A stretch of 57,457 nt of DNA from Catajapyx aquilonaris (lineage: Eukaryota): contig KZ538638.1 in assembly GCA_000934665.2 (NCBI GenBank), positions 1 through 57,457 on the forward strand, given 5' to 3'. Position 1 is the stretch's first letter, and every line of letters starts with the position of its first letter. The translations under genes and the position numbers were made by a program. Shown here one piece after another: positions 51,601 to 57,457 of this stretch. The notes below the pieces were generated by a model, which saw only the letters and a list, made by a program, of their open reading frames with translations, made no database searches and was not told the DNA's origin.

Positions 51601-53082
51601 AGGAGGTGGGAAAGTGTCAGCTAAACCAGAGCGCCTTGGAATTCTTAATCGGAGCCGGGAAGTTTGCGGTTTCCTTTTAGGGGGGAAAAAACAGTTTGAA
51701 GAAGTTGGGGGTGGAAGGGAGTTACCTTTTGGGCCACCCACCTCAATTGACCACTTCATGTCAGCGTGCCTCTTTATTGTGTGGGTTTTATCTGGCAAGG
51801 TCAGTTATGGGCCCCGTTTTATGCAAGAGCTCCTTTGCATTTTCTATCATTCAAAAAGATCGATGATCTTGGTCTGGCTCTACGTGGTACTTTTTCTTTA
51901 CAAGTGACGTGCCGCCTGCAATCGATATTTAATTTCCGGGAATTTTTAAAGACATGGAAATGAGCGGGGCATATATTTTGACAGGTAGGATGATTGCCCT
52001 TCCGCGACGATGACGAAACTTGCGTAACACATGATTGTCACATTGTCAACCTGCAATCATCTTTGTTCCTTCTCAGAATGAGGGACAATGGAGCCGGTAC
52101 AGATTAAGATTGTGATTTGGGGGATTAGGAAGTCACGCGTAACTCTCTGTCCGGATATGCAAATTTCGGCACTTGGCGCCGCACAAATGAGATTCCTGCC
52201 CGAAGGGATACGGCGGATAAGTTAGAGAAGCTGCTGCTGAAAGGCCGATAATGGCTATTTCCCCAGCAGGGAGGCGGAAGTTTCCACTGCCTACGTCGCT
52301 CCTAAATCAGCGAAAGCCGACGATATATGCAAATGCAATGGCAGTGCCCGCGGACGCTCCTCCACCCGCACCCCATTTGCCTCCCTTATTGCCTAATAAA
52401 ACACCAATAACGGCTTTATCCCTATAGCCATGTTGTGTCCTGCCCGCCATATTGAGTCCTCCACATAACAACGTGGCCATCTTGTTACTAAGACATGATG
52501 TTCCAATAGGAAGTATGTGCGCATGTAACAAAAATAACGTTGTTATTTCAGGCTGTGACATGGGGCAAAGCATACGAGATCGGTGGCGAAGACGCTCTGA
52601 AGTACCTGGAACATCGCGAAGGCACCCTGGGAGGCTACAAGACCTTGATTGTCGACTTCAATTCCAAAGAGCATAACAATGCAATTCAATCATTCCCTGT
52701 GCTGTTGTACATGGCAACACCAGACAACCGACATTGGTTGGGACCAGCATCGCTGCAGGAGCTGGCCACGCAGATTAGTCAGTGCCAGGGACCATCGGGG
52801 GACAATGCGGATTACGTGGTCCGATTGGCCCAGTTCATGAGGGAATCGGTACCGGAGGTGGCGGATGATCACCTCTTCACTCTGGAGGCCTTGGTTCGCA
52901 GCAGGATTAAGGACATGGAGTCTTCGGGGGATCTGAAGTCGAGACGGGGTCTCCAGGAACAAGTGGATGCTGGGGCTCCTGGTGGTCATCATCAGCAAAT
53001 GCAGCCACAAGAACCAAGACGTGACTCCTTTGAGTTTACGTCGCGTGTACCGTCCAAGAAGCTGCGTTGCCTTAATGTTTAA
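48516..53082 (+). CDS. CHAC1: ChaC-family glutathione-specific gamma-glutamylcyclotransferase, CHAC1/Botch-like (exons 48516-48689, 49153-49188, 52552-53082; 741 nt, 246 aa; alternative start 48522)
   Basis: Family motifs [45 protein letters not shown] (catalytic Glu position), [16 protein letters not shown]. Two phase-0 GT..AG introns give one frame. CHAC1 rather than CHAC2 is judged from motif resemblance and gene neighbourhood, not from a tree. Confidence 0.93.
49153..49188 (+). CDS. CHAC1: ChaC exon 2 (36-nt micro-exon, not in the ORF track)
   Basis: ttccag| acceptor; [12 protein letters not shown] is the conserved ChaC PGRVxTL motif; GAG|gtaggt donor. Confidence 0.93.
49668..49785. mobile_element. 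118-bp TTAA-flanked MITE (piggyBac-like) in ChaC intron 2
   Basis: Perfect 42-bp TIRs (49668-49709 and 49744-49785) starting CCTC; TTAA on both sides (49664-49667, 49786-49789). Confidence 0.88.
52552..53082 (+). CDS. CHAC1: ChaC exon 3
   Basis: tttcag| acceptor; AVTWGKAYE...YLEHRE...[14 protein letters not shown]...KKLRCLNV*. Confidence 0.95.
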   Translation, partial: AVTWGKAYEIGGEDALKYLEHREGTLGGYKTLIVDFNSKEHNNAIQSFPVLLYMATPDNRHWLGPASLQELATQISQCQGPSGDNADYVVRLAQFMRESVPEVADDHLFTLEALVRSRIKDMESSGDLKSRRGLQEQVDAGAPGGHHQQMQPQEPRRDSFEFTSRVPSKKLRCLNV

Positions 53083-53857
53083 CGGTTTGTCATAAGGAGT
53101 GTAGCCGATCTAAAAGCGTTGGGAATGGATTTGTGTAGATTTTGAGTTAGATGTAGAGGAGGAGGTAGCAGATGGCTGCCCAGAAGAGACGTGTCGGCAG
53201 CTTGGAGTTCATGGCGCCATCTGTCTCCGTTGAAATACCTCATAGAATCCACGTACAATCTTTGTGGAAGAATTTTGGTCAAATAACAATTATGCGGAAG
53301 GTGTTTTGCCAATGATGATGTGCTGCCTAACTGAAAAATAGTTCGATAATGTAGCTCTCAAACAACGTTGTACAAAATGGTCCAATCGCTTCAGTGCCAA
53401 TGTTGCTTCACAGTTGACACGAACGTATTTTTATTTCAAGACATACAAATATTTTTTAAAGCAATTGCCAATTCCTAGGAATGTGCAATTGCGATAAAGT
53501 CCATTCCAACGTTTTTAGGTGTGGAACCAACCAATTCACTGTTGTCTTCCACTGGCGTTTTCTGAAGACCCCATTTTTTATGGGTCTTTGTTATTTTATT
53601 GCAAAAAGGCAACTATCGTTAATAGTGGGAGAGCACAAAAGTTACATTGTATGTGAACACTCACATACTACACTATATTTATGCACCCTTTGTATCACTA
53701 TTTCACTCTCACATAATTTCATGTCCGTGACATGGCCTGTAACCAGGAGTCAGGAGCAGTGTTCCTCTACGCTTCTCACGTTTTGATTCCGTCCATCTGA
53801 AAACCCGACTGAAGGTTTCCAGTGAGGCTATTTTCACTCATGTTGTACTTACGACGT

Positions 53858-53868
53858 ATTAAAATAAA
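53858..53868 (+). terminator. Probable ChaC polyadenylation signal
   Basis: Overlapping ATTAAA/AATAAA about 780 nt after the stop codon, with TGTA upstream. Confidence 0.5.
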
Positions 53869-56615
53869 TAATTTCACATTATCATGTAGGAAACTTATTC
53901 CAATACTCTTTGGCTCCTCCCATTCCATTACATATTTTCGATATATACAGTATATATTCAGGTGTCTTGGGAAAGCCTATATGTCCGCAGGCTTGGTGTA
54001 AAGTGGCTTTTTAAATGGTAAGTGTTGCATATTATGTCGAGTCGACTGAAAGTACAGGTAACAAGTGTGATGTTGCTTTGCTATGCACTTGGGAAGTTTG
54101 TTGAAAGGTTGCACCGCCGGAAGGGGAATTATTGCCAGCTCACATGTTATCGTTATCTATATGCATAATACTTGAGCACAAAACACCAGTTTTGACCTGA
54201 TATAAAAAAATTATAATTCGAGCACTGCCACACATTTGATCGATGAATGCCGAATAATAGGTATGGCCCCTTATAAACCGTTATTGAATATTAACAACAG
54301 AGCCAGTAGAGCAATATGTGTGAGCAGGTGCGATAGATTTGATCCGTGATTATAATTCATTAAGACAGCCCCTCATTCACCAATATAAAAATTAGACCGT
54401 TTTGCTTCAAAAATATTGTTGTTCTTGCGCCGCATAATTACTTGTACAGTTACTCGTTTTATTAGCATCAGGTGTTGAAAACTGGATTCTAATATTTGTA
54501 AAGCGTTTTTTCGCTCGCAGTATGCCATACACGTCCCTGTAGGAGTCGTAAAAAGATACCACGATTCGTTCATGGGATAAGTTCGACAACTAACAGAAAG
54601 AGGAGGGAAATTTTATTGATCACATCACATTGGCCATAATTATAGGGGAGGCCGGCACCCGTGAGGAAAAACAGTGTGATAATCATTCACAATTAATTAC
54701 GCCGAAATAAATAACGGACTTGGAGTCACATCAATAGCCTCCGCAAGAGACACGCTCGTTCAGCAATTCTCGACACGTTACCTGCCGACTTCAGGTGTCT
54801 TGTTTCAACTGCGGGGATATAACTAATTCTTGCTTGAAAATGCGGCAAAGGTATATTGCTAGGAGGAGACAAGTTGATTGCAACAATAAACACCAGCCCT
54901 CAGATCCAGACTCATTTTAGGAATACAAATTGGATGTCATTTGCAAAGCTACATTATTTCTTCCCCTTCATACTAATCCCTCGACAATAAAACTGTCCTC
55001 TTAAATGAGAGCTCGTTAAAATGCATGCACATATGTCACGCTAAGTTACGACATGTAATCCTCATATCGATGGTATTGGTGAACGGCCGTTGACATTGTA
55101 TTAAAACTCAGTGACGTATGACCACAAAACAATAAATAATTAACAGTCCGAATTTAGACATAATTATCCTATTGTGTGTCATCACACTATGAGTTATAGA
55201 CAACTTTCTTAGAAAGGCCACCCTCTTGCCTTTTACAGTCACGCGTCTGGACCATTTGCTTCTTTTCAGAAAGAAAAAGTTATTCTTTTCCTTAGACGAC
55301 CGCAACTGCCACCATTGGTCTCTTCCAGTCCTCCGCGGCATGTCTGGAACGTTGGCTTCTGGAACCTTGAAGCATCACGCATGCCGCTCTTTCTCCCCCT
55401 TCACAGGGCCGGAGAAAAAATTACAAATTTGCTTTCGGGTTAGACACTGACGATTCCTTTGACTGCCGTTGACAGTCCGGACTGAATGCGTTATATTTAT
55501 GTGCTCTTTCGCGGTCTGTTGGATGCCCCTAGGCAATAACAATTTGCAGGTAACGTCTGCATTACTGCTACCACAATGATTCACTCTCCCCTCTCGTTTT
55601 CTAAATGTTGCACAAAAACGTTCTAGTAACAAGGGGGATCCTCCCTAGAAATATTTAGGAACATGTATATAGGTTGGGCGATGTTCTCATGATCTACTGC
55701 CCACTAGTAATTTCATTTAAGCACACCACTTGCATTCATCACGTTGCTCAACCTGGTTAGACGAGTCCGTCTTCCAGCAACAATCTGATCCAAAAAAAAA
55801 ACAACCCCGGGTAAATTCCATCGTTACAAAATGCCTGATGATAAGAAGCTCTGGAGGTATTAGCGTGATAAAAGAGTTTCGGAAACGCTCCATCATCGAG
55901 AGACGACAATCCGGACAATCTAAAGCGGTGTCCTCAAAAAAAAATATATATATATATACACACAGACAAAAGTAAAGCCCTGAAATCGTTTGGTGATTTT
56001 CACCCAAAAAAATATGAAGCTAGCACGCCTCTATTTTTTTCCCTCCCCCCCACTCTTCTCTCTGTCCCCTCTTTATTATTATTATGTGATTATTCCTCCT
56101 TGATGCCTGCAAAAGCATTCCAGACCCCCCCTTCTTTTTCCCTGCAGTCTCACAATAGAGGCTAGGAATGTCCTTCTAACTGCCGTCGGCGTCCGACATC
56201 ATCTTTTTCCTTCTATATATCCTTGCCGCTCACGATCTTTACTTCTGTTGACTCAACACCGGACCGGACTTCGTGGGAGGTGCGAGAGAGAGAGAACCAC
56301 CNTTTTCTACCTATTCAAAAACGGGGACCAGCAGTGACATGCGCATAACTCGAGTCGCTTCTGGGGGACACTGTCACTTTAATTGCAAATCCGGATTTCT
56401 GAGTTTGAAAACCACCGCCGTGTCACCCTCTGGAGTGACAACGACCGCAAAGACAAACCAATGAACCTGCTGCTGGGGGCCCACCCACATTTTTTAAAAA
56501 AACGGGACGGAAGAGAGGACACCTGCATGTCGATGTTGGTAATGAAGACATCCAGTAGCGATGATCACCCAAAAGGTGCATCTCCGCCCACTTAAGAAGT
56601 CGCAGTTGCCATATA

Positions 56616-56813
56616 CAGGGTGTCTGAAAAAAAAGGTCACATTTTGTTAGAAATATTAGGAGTCAAAATTCCATTCAGTTTGGAATTTTGAGTGGAGTTC
56701 ATGTGTTAGCATAACAATTTACGATCCAAAAAAGTACTTGAAATTTGGATGACCTTTCAAAATAAATGGCGAAGATTCGTCTGGAAATGTGTCGAGTGTC
56801 CATGTACACCCTG
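56616..56813. mobile_element. Degenerate mariner-type MITE remnant
   Basis: TATA-CAGGGTGT ... ACACCCTG-TATA termini, typical of Tc1/mariner MITE ends; the inner TIR has decayed. Confidence 0.5.
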
Positions 56814-57457
56814 TATAAACTTGTAGGGTGGCCCATAAGCAGTCGATTTTTCCAAATCCCCGACTGATGATCTCCGGCACTGTGTAGGCCTATAATAAGT
56901 TCTTTGATCCCATCAGTGTCCGGCGGCACTGTCTCATTAGCAAAAGGTCTTTCAAGGAAGAGGCTTTGCTCAACCGCCCAAAATCCTCTTCAACCCCCTA
57001 CCATCTTAGTGTGTGCCTCTAAGGAGTGACTGGGAAATAACAAAAGAAGAACGGGCAGGGTGCTAATCTTCTCAAGGGCCATTTTTGGAGGCGCGTACCA
57101 TATGGACTTGAGTGGATTCGGGGGAGCCCTCAGGTCATGATGGGTGCTCGTCGGGGAGGTCTCTCAGGGGGTGTGTGGGGGGGAAAGAAAAGATTCTCAA
57201 TGGATTAACTGACTCGGATCTGCCGACACAGGTCCTGGAAACCTGGCAGGGGGTCATTCCAAAAGTGATAACAAATCATTCCCCGGACGTGGTTGGTGGT
57301 TAATTTTTGGGAGCGGATTCCTACATCTCCAAGAATTCCGGGGACACCGACCTGTCCGTAGAATTTGTCCCGACACTTTCTCACATTTTCAGACTTTGCC
57401 CTTCTAAAGCCCCCCCTCCAAGGGGATGACTTTGGAAACCAGATTTTAGGGTAGTTT

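Noticed and set aside
1..57457. Prokaryotic-type systems (CRISPR array, operons, defence islands, transposase or reverse transcriptase ORFs)
   Set aside because: No regularly spaced repeats, no long intronless ORFs and no transposase or RT motifs were seen; the window is spliced animal genomic DNA.

Overview
Eukaryotic animal genomic DNA, most likely an arthropod; the species cannot be named from the sequence. Two spliced protein-coding genes lie in tandem on the + strand. (1) A complete Delta (DSL Notch ligand) gene: 9 coding exons at 15279-25884, about 812 aa, with signal peptide, MNNL/C2 domain, DSL, 9 EGF repeats, TM segment, Neuralized/Mindbomb-type intracellular motifs and a C-terminal ATEV PDZ ligand. 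It probably has a non-coding 5' exon near 13971-14270 and a 3' UTR of about 1.8 kb. (2) A ChaC-family glutathione-specific gamma-glutamylcyclotransferase (CHAC1/Botch-like): 3 exons at 48516-53082, about 246 aa. The rest is long non-coding sequence with motif clusters for Su(H), HES, proneural, ATF4/CEBP and NF-kB factors, microsatellites, poly-C/G tracts, one assembly gap and several small mobile elements, including a V-type SINE nested in a TA-flanked MITE and a 118-bp TTAA-flanked MITE. The most notable observation is the Delta-then-ChaC order, which mirrors human DLL4-CHAC1 and links a Notch ligand to the homologue of a reported Notch antagonist. Almost all other ORFs in the supplied track look like chance ORFs. 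Exon boundaries and motifs were read by eye; no searches were run.
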